64,000 nt of DNA from Thermoplasmata archaeon. Its GTDB lineage: Archaea > Thermoplasmatota > Thermoplasmata > Lutacidiplasmatales > UBA184. Made by a program: the position numbers and the translations under genes. The notes beneath the pieces are model-generated. The model was not told the DNA's origin. It was given only the letters and a program-made list of their open reading frames with translations, and did no database searches. Shown piece by piece: positions 1 to 8,440 of this stretch. How positions within the stretch are numbered: the first letter of the stretch is position 1; each line of letters begins with the position of its first letter. Location of the stretch: the NCBI GenBank assembly GCA_022749935.1, contig JAKIWQ010000002.1, positions 2,480 to 66,479 on the forward strand. The letters are read 5' to 3'.

Positions 1-1
1 C

Positions 2-103
2 GGGGCCCCGCTGAAGGATTACGTGGCCATCTCATTCGATCACGAGCGCGACTGGTGTGCGCTCGCGCTCGAAGCCCGGGAGTACATGGGCGGCAAAGCC
101 TGA
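2..103 (+). CDS. 3' end of an unidentified gene entering from the left window edge (partial)
   Basis: Frame is open from the window edge to TGA at 101-103 (...PLKDYVAISFDHERDWCALALEAREYMGGKA). Strong G/C bias at third codon positions. No family recognised. Confidence 0.35.
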   Translation, partial: GAPLKDYVAISFDHERDWCALALEAREYMGGKA

Positions 104-120
104 CGGAAGCCTCGTCCCTC

Positions 121-187
121 GCGCTGATTGCGGTCACTGTCATCGTCCGCGCGCTCCTCCTTCGTGATGCGGCGCGGATGCGGCCCC
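121..187. repeat. Copy A of an imperfect ~67-nt direct repeat (partner at 4788-4854)
   Basis: Hand alignment at offset 4667 gives identical blocks gattgcggtcac (12/12), catcg (5/5) and ccgcgcgctcc (11/11), plus gcgcgga.gcggcccc. Both copies keep a 7-bp GC stem (147-152 pairs with 172-177 here). Confidence 0.7.
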
Positions 188-279
188 TCCCGCCCTCGAC
201 CGGGCAGTCGTGAGGAGGATCGGTGGTCATCACGGCTCGAAGGAGGGGACTTGAACCTCAACAGAATTTCAGGAACCGC

Positions 280-287
280 TTATATAA
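280..287 (+). promoter_or_regulatory. TATA-box-like element TTATATAA
   Basis: AT-rich octamer 27 nt upstream of the ATG at 315 in otherwise GC-rich DNA. The spacing fits an archaeal promoter producing a leaderless or very short-leader mRNA. Confidence 0.5.
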
Positions 288-314
288 GCCGATTGAGACC
301 AAAGATGTAGGGGC

Positions 315-1445
315 ATGACGGTGAAAGGATCGATGTTCGCCGTTGTGGTGGCCATTCTACTCGTGTTGGTCGTTACTTCGGCGTCGAGCTCACTGCTTCT
401 ACTCGGGAGGTCCCCATCCGGCACCGGACAGGGTGGGTTCGCACCCTCATCAGGACTGAAGTCTATGGGGCCACCTCCGGTCTTGGGAGCGTCCCACCTG
501 TACCTCCGCTGCCCCGACTCAACAATAAAGAACACGAGCAGCGGGAGCACGCTTTGCACTGATTCTGTAAATTATGCGTGGGTCTTGACTTGCACTGACC
601 CCCACACTTGTGGCTTTAATCTTACTGTCACTCCCGATTCAGATTATGCATTCTTCAAGTGGAACGCGAGCCTAGGAGTCTGCCTCGGATCGAGTTGCGC
701 CACAAGTTCCGTCCTGGATCCCGTCAATGGTTCGTACAGGGCGTGCCCATTATCGGTCTGCAAAATGTACCTCGCCCCGAACCTCTACTTGACGAACAGC
801 GGTTGGGTGGGGTACCTAGTTGGTGGGCTGACCGGAACTGTAACAGAAGTAAACGGCTCGTTCATTGTCCCTAGTGTATCTTGCCCGAGCACCGCCACCG
901 ATTGGTATTTCTTTGCCGGACTCGACGGTGACGGAGCACCAACCCCGGCGACCGTGGAACAGGGGGGGGTTCAAGCCGTTTGCAGTGGCGGGGTATTGAC
1001 TTTGAATCCATTTTACGAGTTCTTTCCCTACACTTCTAATGTCACAATCTCCTCGATGACTGCCTCGGCTGGAGACGTCTATGATGTTGATGTTTCTTAT
1101 CACTCAAGCAACTCTACCGTCTCCGTCTTCGTCTGGGACAAGACTGCGGGTCGTAGTTCTACAGCCTGGCATGCCTACAATTCTGCGATGACCCTTTCGT
1201 CCGCAGAGTGTGTGACCGAGGCCCGCCCCAGTTGGGTGGCAAACCATGGTCCGAGCACTACCGACTACGGAGCGGCTTACACCACCATCGCCTCATCTTG
1301 TGATGCCACGGTAGGCTCGTCGGGCCTAGTGGCTTTCGGACTCCAGTGGTACACGAGCCTGTTCTTCTCAGAACCTCTGTTCCACCTTTACTTCGCACCA
1401 ACCACTCTTACGGGCACTCCTGCGAGGAGCTTTACCGCGCCTTAG
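315..1445 (+). CDS. Secreted peptidase G1 (eqolisin / glutamic peptidase)-like protein, copy 1
   Basis: N-terminal hydrophobic signal/anchor (FAVVVAILLVLVVTSA). Family-like motif series NSGWVGY...GSFIVPSV...FFAGLDGDG...VEQGGVQ...FYEFFPY...AGDVYDVDVSY...SAECVTEA resembles the WAGY / WVGIDG / QTG / WYEWYP / AEWIVE pattern of the concanavalin-like G1 fold. Paralog at 61093-62268. Confidence 0.65.
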   Translation: MTVKGSMFAVVVAILLVLVVTSASSSLLLLGRSPSGTGQGGFAPSSGLKSMGPPPVLGASHLYLRCPDSTIKNTSSGSTLCTDSVNYAWVLTCTDPHTCGFNLTVTPDSDYAFFKWNASLGVCLGSSCATSSVLDPVNGSYRACPLSVCKMYLAPNLYLTNSGWVGYLVGGLTGTVTEVNGSFIVPSVSCPSTATDWYFFAGLDGDGAPTPATVEQGGVQAVCSGGVLTLNPFYEFFPYTSNVTISSMTASAGDVYDVDVSYHSSNSTVSVFVWDKTAGRSSTAWHAYNSAMTLSSAECVTEARPSWVANHGPSTTDYGAAYTTIASSCDATVGSSGLVAFGLQWYTSLFFSEPLFHLYFAPTTLTGTPARSFTAP

Positions 1446-1669
1446 AATGAGAAGTCTGCGACCAACCGAGTCTACTTCGCGCGGGAGCGCGGCCGATTCG
1501 TGAGCGATTTGTGCGTGTCTGGACGCACCTGAAAGTTGTCGAGGTAGCCTGTGCGGGGTTGGGCCAACCTGCTCTCGCCGTCCGACCGCACTGATGCTAA
1601 AACGAAGAGAGATAAGGAGGGGGACGATGGGTCTCGCTCTCTTGGGGTTATGATCCCGGCTGACCGTGT

Positions 1670-4600
1670 ATGAGCCGTCTCATGAGTTCTGATCACAAGC
1701 GGCTCTTACGAGCCTCAGCGATGGTTCTTCTACTTGTCGTAGGGGGATTGGCAGTTGGTGGACTCATCAGACACTATCCGCCGATCGCCGAACAAGAGCC
1801 TCACAGAGGCACTTCTGACCAGGTGCCAGGCGTGGCGGGGCTTGGTTCGCGACTAACTCTACAACAGCCCGCATCTGTTTCGCACGTAGACTCCGTGAGC
1901 GGCGGCCAGCACAAGATCGCGCTTGCACCCAAAGCAGCCAGCCCATACCTCAGGGAGACATTGGTCCTGCTCAATGACACGGTAATACCCGGAAATTTCT
2001 TCTCGGTCACGGGTGCGGAACCTCTGGCCGATGTTTACGATAGTGGAACGGGGCAGATCTTTGTTACAAATTCCTACTCGAACAGCGTGAGCGTGGTTTC
2101 TGCCAGTTCGAACACGATCACAGCAATTGTCCCGGTGGGCGTCTACCCCGTGGGTGCGGTGTACGACCCGGAGCTCGGCGAGGTGTTCGTCGCGAATTAC
2201 GAATCCAACAGCGTGAGCATCATCTCTGATTCGACGGACACCGTGGTGGCCACCGTCGGAGTCGGAGACGGACCCTATGGGATGGCCTTCTACCCCGGCC
2301 AGGACGAGGTCTTCGTCACCGACGCGCTCGCCCACAACGTGAGCGTGATTGCGGCAGCCACCGACGCCGTCGTCGCCACCATCCCCGTAGGATCAACCCC
2401 CCTGAGCGCGGCGTATGACAACGTAACAGAGCAGGTCTTCGTCGCTAACTACGGCTCGGACAACGTGAGTGTCATCTCGGACATGACCGACACGGTGGTG
2501 GCGGAAGTCCCTGTGGGATCCGAGCCGGCTGGAATTGTGTATGATGACGGGAAGGGGGAGGTCTTCGTAACGAATTTCAACTCCAGCAATGTGTCCGTCA
2601 TCTCGGCCGCGACCGATGTTGACGTTGCGAGCATACCCGCAGGCTCGTACCTCTCCGGGATTGCGTACGCCCCGACCCCGGGCGACCCGGCCAACGGAGA
2701 GATTTTCGCGGTCAACGTCGCTTCGAACGCCAACCCCGATGTCGGAAATGTGAGTGTGATCTCGGACACCACCAACAGGGTCTTGGCCTATGTCTCGTGT
2801 GGGCTCTCCTCGCAGGGGGTCACGTTCGACCCCGCGAACGGGGAGGTCTTCGTCACGAATTCGGGCTCCACCAATCTGAGCGTAATCTCGGACGCAACAA
2901 ACTCCATGATTACAAGTATCTTGTTGGGCGCATATCCTGTAGCTGCGGTGCACGATGGCGGCACAGGGGAGGTTTTTGTCGCTGACAGTCGGGCGAATAC
3001 GGTCGATGTAATCTCCGGGGAGACTAATCAGGTAGTGGCGAAGGTGCGCGTGGGAGGGGGCCCTCAGGGTCTGGCATATGACAGCCGCATGAAGGAGATC
3101 TTCGTCACGAACGAAGTTTCGGATAGCGTCAGTGTGATCGCGGATTCGAACAACTCCGTGGTCGCCACGATTCCGGTGGGCGTTTACCCCATGGGGATTG
3201 CGTATGACAGCTCGAAAGGTGAATTATTCGTCGCCAACGGCGGAAACACCTATCCGGGCCAGTACAATGTAAGCGTGATCTCTGATGCGTCCAACAAGGT
3301 GGTGGCGAGCATCGTATCCGGAACTCCGAACAGCTCAGGTCCCTTGGATTTGGCCTATGATAGCGCTAGGGGGGAGGTCTTTGTGGTCAACTACTTCGGG
3401 GGGGTAGCCGTGATCAACGACACGACTGACTCGGTGGTGGCCAATATCTCCGTAAGACCTTACCCTTCCGCGGCGGCCTATGACCGCGCTCAAGGAGAGG
3501 TCTTCGTGACGAGTTCCGCCTCGGGCGACGTAAGTGTGATTTCTGACACGACGGACAAGGTCATGTCCAACATCACCGCGGGTAACGACCCCCGGGGGAT
3601 CGTCTACGCTCCCGGTTTGAATGAACTATTCACCTCAAACTACGGGTCCGACACTGTAACCGCGATCACCGACTCTACGAATACCGCTACTGCGAACGTC
3701 TCGGTCGGTCCCAATCCGGCCGACGTTGCATGGGACCCCGCCAATGGGAATCTCTACGTCCCGGATTTCTCGGATGGGACCGTCTCCATCATCGCCTCCG
3801 GATACCTTCAAAATGTCACTTTCACGGAGACTGGCTTGCCATCTGGCACCAACTGGTCCGTCAGCCTGAATGGGAGTAATGAGGTCTCTGCATTGGGAAC
3901 CCTCAATTTCACCGAACCGAATGGGGCGTACAACTTTACCGTGGCAACCACCGATTCCGCGTTTGCACCGTACAACTACGCAGGCTCGGTCACGGTCGAT
4001 GGGGCTCCCGTGTTCATTGATGTTGGTTTCATCTCGACAGAGTCGATGATTAATTTCACAGAAACCGGACTGCCTTCCGGCACGAATTGGTCCGTTTCGA
4101 TTGGCGGCGAGCAGCTCGAAACGCCTGCCTCCTCGATTCTGTTCGGCGAGTTGAACGGGACCTACGCCTACACGGTGGGAGTCGTGACAGGGTATGCGGC
4201 TAGTCCGGTGTCAGGATCCTTAGACGTAAATGGGACGCCCGTCGCCGTGCCAATCTCCTTTGCCGCCATTCAACCCACCACTTACACCGTGACCTTCCAG
4301 GAGTCGGGGTTGCCTACCGGAACGAGCTGGTCGGTCACTCTCGCAACGAAGACCATCTCCTCTACCAACTCAACCATCTCCTTCCAGCAACCTAACGGTT
4401 CCTTCGTTTACGAGGTCGCGCCAGTTGCCGGTTTCACATTCCACACTCCCGACCCGTCTGTGTCCATCTCGGGCACGCCCGTCGAAGTGACGGTCACGTT
4501 CTCTCCAATCACGACATCGCACACGAGCCCGCCGCCGATCGATTATGCGTTGCTTGCCCTCGTGGTCGCGGTGTTAGTCCTCGCGGTTGGAGTCGTTCTG

Positions 4601-4684
4601 ATGCGCTGGCGCCGGAAGCGCCCGCCCGGGGCTGAACCGAAATCATCCCCCGCACGAAGCAACGGACCCGGCCCGCCTTCATAG
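1670..4684 (+). CDS. Cell-surface protein: N-terminal TM/signal anchor, 14 YVTN-type beta-propeller repeats, three ~75-aa Ig-like repeats, C-terminal TM anchor
   Basis: 14 repeats of the pattern G..P.G.AYD...GEVFV.N..SN.VSVI.D.T..VVA.I.VG. Three C-terminal repeats carry F(T/Q)E(T/S)GLP.GT.WSV. Hydrophobic helix LLALVVAVLVLAVGVVL is followed by RWRRKR. Confidence 0.9.
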   Translation: MSRLMSSDHKRLLRASAMVLLLVVGGLAVGGLIRHYPPIAEQEPHRGTSDQVPGVAGLGSRLTLQQPASVSHVDSVSGGQHKIALAPKAASPYLRETLVLLNDTVIPGNFFSVTGAEPLADVYDSGTGQIFVTNSYSNSVSVVSASSNTITAIVPVGVYPVGAVYDPELGEVFVANYESNSVSIISDSTDTVVATVGVGDGPYGMAFYPGQDEVFVTDALAHNVSVIAAATDAVVATIPVGSTPLSAAYDNVTEQVFVANYGSDNVSVISDMTDTVVAEVPVGSEPAGIVYDDGKGEVFVTNFNSSNVSVISAATDVDVASIPAGSYLSGIAYAPTPGDPANGEIFAVNVASNANPDVGNVSVISDTTNRVLAYVSCGLSSQGVTFDPANGEVFVTNSGSTNLSVISDATNSMITSILLGAYPVAAVHDGGTGEVFVADSRANTVDVISGETNQVVAKVRVGGGPQGLAYDSRMKEIFVTNEVSDSVSVIADSNNSVVATIPVGVYPMGIAYDSSKGELFVANGGNTYPGQYNVSVISDASNKVVASIVSGTPNSSGPLDLAYDSARGEVFVVNYFGGVAVINDTTDSVVANISVRPYPSAAAYDRAQGEVFVTSSASGDVSVISDTTDKVMSNITAGNDPRGIVYAPGLNELFTSNYGSDTVTAITDSTNTATANVSVGPNPADVAWDPANGNLYVPDFSDGTVSIIASGYLQNVTFTETGLPSGTNWSVSLNGSNEVSALGTLNFTEPNGAYNFTVATTDSAFAPYNYAGSVTVDGAPVFIDVGFISTESMINFTETGLPSGTNWSVSIGGEQLETPASSILFGELNGTYAYTVGVVTGYAASPVSGSLDVNGTPVAVPISFAAIQPTTYTVTFQESGLPTGTSWSVTLATKTISSTNSTISFQQPNGSFVYEVAPVAGFTFHTPDPSVSISGTPVEVTVTFSPITTSHTSPPPIDYALLALVVAVLVLAVGVVLMRWRRKRPPGAEPKSSPARSNGPGPPS

Positions 4685-4787
4685 CCAAGGGTCGATCCAA
4701 GGCCTGCGGCTGAGGTCGCGTCAGACGGAGAGATCCGCCTGCTTCTCGCTCGGGTCCTGGGCTCGTCGCGGTCCTCCTGCAGCTCGC

Positions 4788-4854
4788 GCGCCGATTGCGG
4801 TCACCAACATCGGCCGCGCGCTCCCTTCTTGAAGTTCGCGCGGAGCGCGGCCCC
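4788..4854. repeat. Copy B of the imperfect direct repeat (partner at 121-187)
   Basis: See copy A. The stem ccgcgcg (4814-4820) pairs with cgcgcgg (4837-4843). A weaker inverted partial copy (caatcagcgc) lies at about 4941-4950. Confidence 0.7.
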
Positions 4855-4934
4855 CCGCGCGAACATCAAGAGGGCCCGGTCACCCTCGGGCCTCGCATCG
4901 GCCCTCGGGCGACCTGCGCGCTCGCTTCGCGCCG

Positions 4935-5594
4935 ATGACGCCAATCAGCGCGCCGCACAGCGCCCGGGAGGGCGCGAACTCGTTCCCTCCGACCGCCCAC
5001 GTCCGGGTCCCCGGCAGCGCCCGCACCTACGAGGTGCGCGAGGCCCTCCGCGGGATGGGTCTTCGATGGGATCCCGTCTCCCACGCGTGGCACGGGACGC
5101 TCCCGGTGGTCGAGGGCTCGCGCCTTGCCCGCGAACTGGGCCGGCGACCCCAGATCGTGCCAACGATCGAGGCATTCGCATCTCGAGTCGCGCCGGAAGC
5201 GGTCCTGAGGCCACCCGCGCGGCCCCGCGAACCCGTTCGGCCTCGCATCCCTCACGACGCGTCCCGCACCCGCGCGGAAGCCCGCCTCGCCCTTCCGGAC
5301 GCGGACCAGGACGAGGAGGACGGGGTCGACTCGCGGCGGTTCAGCCTCCTGGAGACCACGAGCGGCCTCCCGGACGACTCGCGGGACGCGGACGAGCGCG
5401 CCGCGGCGCGAAACCTGCGCGACGTGCGGGCCCGAGTGAAGGCGGCGCGGGCGTTGGTCGCGACCAGCCCCGCCATGTCGGAGACGCTCTCGCGCGATGG
5501 GCGCAGTGCGGTGTGGTTCTACGCGCAGTTCGGGATTAACTTGGGGCAGTTCCGACTCGGGGCGGCTCAGGAGCAGGGAGGATCGGTTCGCTAG
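4935..5594 (+). CDS. Hypothetical protein with an N-terminal DUF5710-like small domain
   Basis: Best of several overlapping frames by third-position G/C bias. VRVPGSARTYEVREALRGMGLRWDPVSHAWHGTLP resembles the VP...(K/R)..AK.LGA.WD...K.WY module seen at the N-termini of plasmid/phage replication-type proteins. The rest is charged and low-complexity. Confidence 0.45.
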   Translation: MTPISAPHSAREGANSFPPTAHVRVPGSARTYEVREALRGMGLRWDPVSHAWHGTLPVVEGSRLARELGRRPQIVPTIEAFASRVAPEAVLRPPARPREPVRPRIPHDASRTRAEARLALPDADQDEEDGVDSRRFSLLETTSGLPDDSRDADERAAARNLRDVRARVKAARALVATSPAMSETLSRDGRSAVWFYAQFGINLGQFRLGAAQEQGGSVR

Positions 5595-5924
5595 ACTGTG
5601 CGTGAGGTACCTTCCAGCTCACTTTCAAAACTCCTTGATTTGCGCTCTTGGGCCCTCATGGTTGTTCGTTGGCGATCGCACGGACGATTGCCGCAGCGAC
5701 GCTCCCAAACCCCTCAGTTGTCATCCGGTCCGGAAGGGACTCAATAATGATTCGAATCGGAGAGTTGGCCGAGTATCGAGCAATTGCATGACTTTTCAGC
5801 GGGCGTGTGTCGACTTGGAAATCGGGCTGCACGTACTACTCTATCTAACTCCTCTAGACTGTGGGCGCCATTCCTCCTCGGGGCAAACCACAAATGAGTC
5901 CAGCGTCCTCCCATTGGACAATCG

Positions 5925-6296
5925 GTGGCGCGACGAGTTGGAGACCTGCCTGCGGGTGACGCGGATTCTATCGTCAGGCTAGTTCGGGATGCTTGGGCCG
6001 AACTCGGACTCCAGGCGAGCGTAAACGAGATCGAGCGGTGGCTCGGTACGCGATCCGAGTGGGTTGAGTACGCGCTCCGCAGCTCGCCTGCGACCAGATC
6101 CCGCTTTATTCGCCGGATTCGCCCTAAGACCATTCGGAAGCCCGTCTACCATGCCGATGGGACCCTCACAGGCCACCGGGTCGTTGGGCACGCTTTAGTC
6201 GCTATATTCGAACCTATAAACCGCAGCAACGGCAACTTTCCGCAGCCGAGAGTGATGCCCGGAGCAATACGACGAAAGAAGTCCCAATTGAAGTAA
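5925..6296 (+). CDS. Hypothetical protein (orphan) in the lower-GC islet
   Basis: 123-aa ORF with a GTG start and a natural-looking composition (..IVRLVRDAWAELGLQASVNEIERWLG..). No family recognised. Confidence 0.35.
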   Translation: MARRVGDLPAGDADSIVRLVRDAWAELGLQASVNEIERWLGTRSEWVEYALRSSPATRSRFIRRIRPKTIRKPVYHADGTLTGHRVVGHALVAIFEPINRSNGNFPQPRVMPGAIRRKKSQLK

Positions 6297-6472
6297 GCTA
6301 CCTCTGATGCCCAAACCGCCCATCATGTGGGTTGCGGGCCAGCGCCCAGCGGTCTGAGCGCCCGAGTGGAGGGCATTGTCCCTAGGTAAAGCAGGGGGAA
6401 GCCAGTAGCTGGACCGCACTTTCGGTCAACGGAGTCGGATCATCTCTCTTTCAGATTTTTCGAGGGATTGAC

Positions 6473-6784
6473 TCACCAGTTAGAAGGGCAGAACCTCTCG
6501 CAGCGAATGCAGGAGGTTGTGTCGCTAATCGCTTCCTCGGGGGGATAATGGTCTGACGCGGGATGGCCGCAGGCTGGGCAAGGCCGGGTGTCGTCATACC
6601 CGCGCCCCCCAATTGCCCTCCTTGTTTCCCGCGGCGGCAGTGCTGACCTCACCCTAGAGAGGACTGCGGATGGGACGTTGGCGGATCCGTTCGGATGCTT
6701 ATCGGCCACGTGGCGTCTCAAGCTGTCGAGGCGCATGACTCCTCCGCAGTACTCGCACACCGCGAGTGCAGCATCGCGCCTCAT
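6473..6784 (-). CDS. Small Cys/His zinc-finger protein
   Basis: Internal ATG at 6784 of track ORF 6473..7072. CEYCGG-x10-HVADKH (C2H2-like), then CPACGH and CIRCERFC pairs. The upstream part of the track ORF looks non-coding. Confidence 0.45.
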   Translation of the reverse strand: MRRDAALAVCEYCGGVMRLDSLRRHVADKHPNGSANVPSAVLSRVRSALPPRETRRAIGGRGYDDTRPCPACGHPASDHYPPEEAISDTTSCIRCERFCPSNW

Positions 6785-6971
6785 CTTAGTTACTCGCTGG
6801 TATTTCTTGTGCCGGCCGGCGGGCGCACGCGCGCGGCGCGCACCACCCCGGGAGCTACTCGGGGCACAAATCGACTCCGGATGCTCAGAATTCTTGCCAT
6901 AAGGTTCATTATAGCAAGAACCCGCGGCGAACTGCCTGCGGGCAGGAGCCGGCGCAGGGGCGCACGCGGTC

Positions 6972-7391
6972 CTATCTCGTGCGAGACCGCTTGGACTTGA
7001 CCCTCCGACTTCGCTCTTGAATTGAGAACCAGTAACGCCCGCGCTTGGCCCTCGTGAGGAGGCGTAAGCCAATCATATCCGCCCAAGGCGTGTCGATCAA
7101 GTGGCTGCGAAACTCCTCATGATCCGGATTGGAGTGGGTAAACTGGATATCGAGGCTCACAGACGGCCAGTCGCCGTTGCGCAAGCTGAGCCGGAGGCGG
7201 CGCACTTTCTCAACTCGCTTCGCACGTCCCATCCCCCACGCCCGGCTGTCGGGCGATGAGGAATTCATTATCCGCAAATTAGGTCTACCCCTCGCAGGAA
7301 TCTCGGGAGAGCGCCCAGACCACACCTCGGCCTGGTGCGGGCGATTGAGAAAAGCGCGATCATTACGTCGCTTTTCCACGAAATCATGCAT
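6972..7391 (-). CDS. Hypothetical basic protein (start uncertain: 7391, 7268 or 7232)
   Basis: ORF with plausible codon structure (..RLRLSLRNGDWPSVSLDIQFTHSNPDHEEFRSHLIDTPWADMIGLRLL..). An 8-bp perfect inverted repeat attcgacc/ggtcgaat (7393-7416) lies just upstream. Confidence 0.4.
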   Translation of the reverse strand: MHDFVEKRRNDRAFLNRPHQAEVWSGRSPEIPARGRPNLRIMNSSSPDSRAWGMGRAKRVEKVRRLRLSLRNGDWPSVSLDIQFTHSNPDHEEFRSHLIDTPWADMIGLRLLTRAKRGRYWFSIQERSRRVKSKRSRTR

Positions 7392-7583
7392 ATTCGACCC
7401 TTGTTACGGTCGAATCCGCTCGGGGCTATCCCGTGTAGGGGGCACCCCCGTCACTCGAACCTTCTGCGACCGAGCGACGAAATTCGTTTTCGAGCGCGGG
7501 GTGTCGGGCGGGTGCCCAAGTTTTCGAGCCGTTTCAGCATCCCCCCCTTCTCGTTAAAAGGAACGGAAGCGGATTCCCTACCG

Positions 7584-8426
7584 ATGCGCGATCCTGGCGT
7601 CACGAAAACCTTGAATGTACCCGGCGGGACGATCTCCTACGACCAGGGGGGGCGTGGTCGGCCACTCGTACTCCTCCATGAGGGAATCGCGGACCGACGG
7701 ATGTGGAATCGCGAGTTCTCTCTCCTCGCTCGTGCCCATCAGGTCGTGCGATACGATCTACGAGGGTACGGAGGTTCTCCGCCGACGAGTTCGGAGTATT
7801 CTCCCGTACGCGACCTTGTGGCCCTGCTGGACCAGCTAGAGTGGACGCGGCCGCTGATCGTTGGTCCAAGCGTGGGGGGGAAGATCGCCCTGGACCTGAC
7901 GCTTGCGTACCCCGAGCGCGTGGGAGCACTGTTACTCGTCGCTCCGGGGTACTCGGGCATGGACTATGACCTGGTTCCCGGCGGGAAGGCCACCTTCGAG
8001 CGTGACGAGAGGCTCTCCACGGCGGCGGCCGACGCCTGGACCGCGGGAAAGCTCGAGGAAGCCACGGAGCATCTGAGGCAGCTGTGGGCGTCGTCGCTCA
8101 CCGGAAGCGCTCTGGACCTCTTCCGGACCATGGTCCGGGACAATGCACAGGAAATCTTCGAGGAGCGCTCCGGTCGACAAGAAACACGCGAGGGCGGGCC
8201 TGCGGCCTCTCGGCTGAACGAAATCCGCGTGCCGACACGAATCCTGGTCGGAGACCGTGACAACCCCGCCATGCCGCACTGCGCGAACTTCCTAGCACGA
8301 GGTATCGCGGGCGCAGAACTGCAGCTCATTCCCGGGGCGGACCATCTACTGAATCTGTCGAGGCCGGACGCCTTCGACGCCGCGCTGAACGGATTCCTCC
8401 AGAGCCTTCCGGGAACCGGAGAATAG
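7584..8426 (+). CDS. Alpha/beta-fold hydrolase
   Basis: PLVLLHEGIADRRMW...RYDLRGYGGS...LIVGPSVGGKIALDL...LLLVAPG shows the oxyanion region and a G-x-S-x-G nucleophile elbow. Start taken at the internal ATG 7584 (MRDPGVTKTLNVPGG). Confidence 0.85.
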   Translation: MRDPGVTKTLNVPGGTISYDQGGRGRPLVLLHEGIADRRMWNREFSLLARAHQVVRYDLRGYGGSPPTSSEYSPVRDLVALLDQLEWTRPLIVGPSVGGKIALDLTLAYPERVGALLLVAPGYSGMDYDLVPGGKATFERDERLSTAAADAWTAGKLEEATEHLRQLWASSLTGSALDLFRTMVRDNAQEIFEERSGRQETREGGPAASRLNEIRVPTRILVGDRDNPAMPHCANFLARGIAGAELQLIPGADHLLNLSRPDAFDAALNGFLQSLPGTGE

Positions 8427-8440
8427 CCACGGAGAAATCT

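Noticed and set aside
5606-5782. 58-aa minus-strand ORF (MQPDFQVDTRPLKSHAIARYSANSPIRIIIESLPDRMTTEGFGSVAAAIVRAIANEQP) in the low-GC islet
   Set aside because: It is short, has a GTG start with no ribosome-binding signal, and has no recognisable family. It cannot be distinguished from chance, and its coordinates are approximate.
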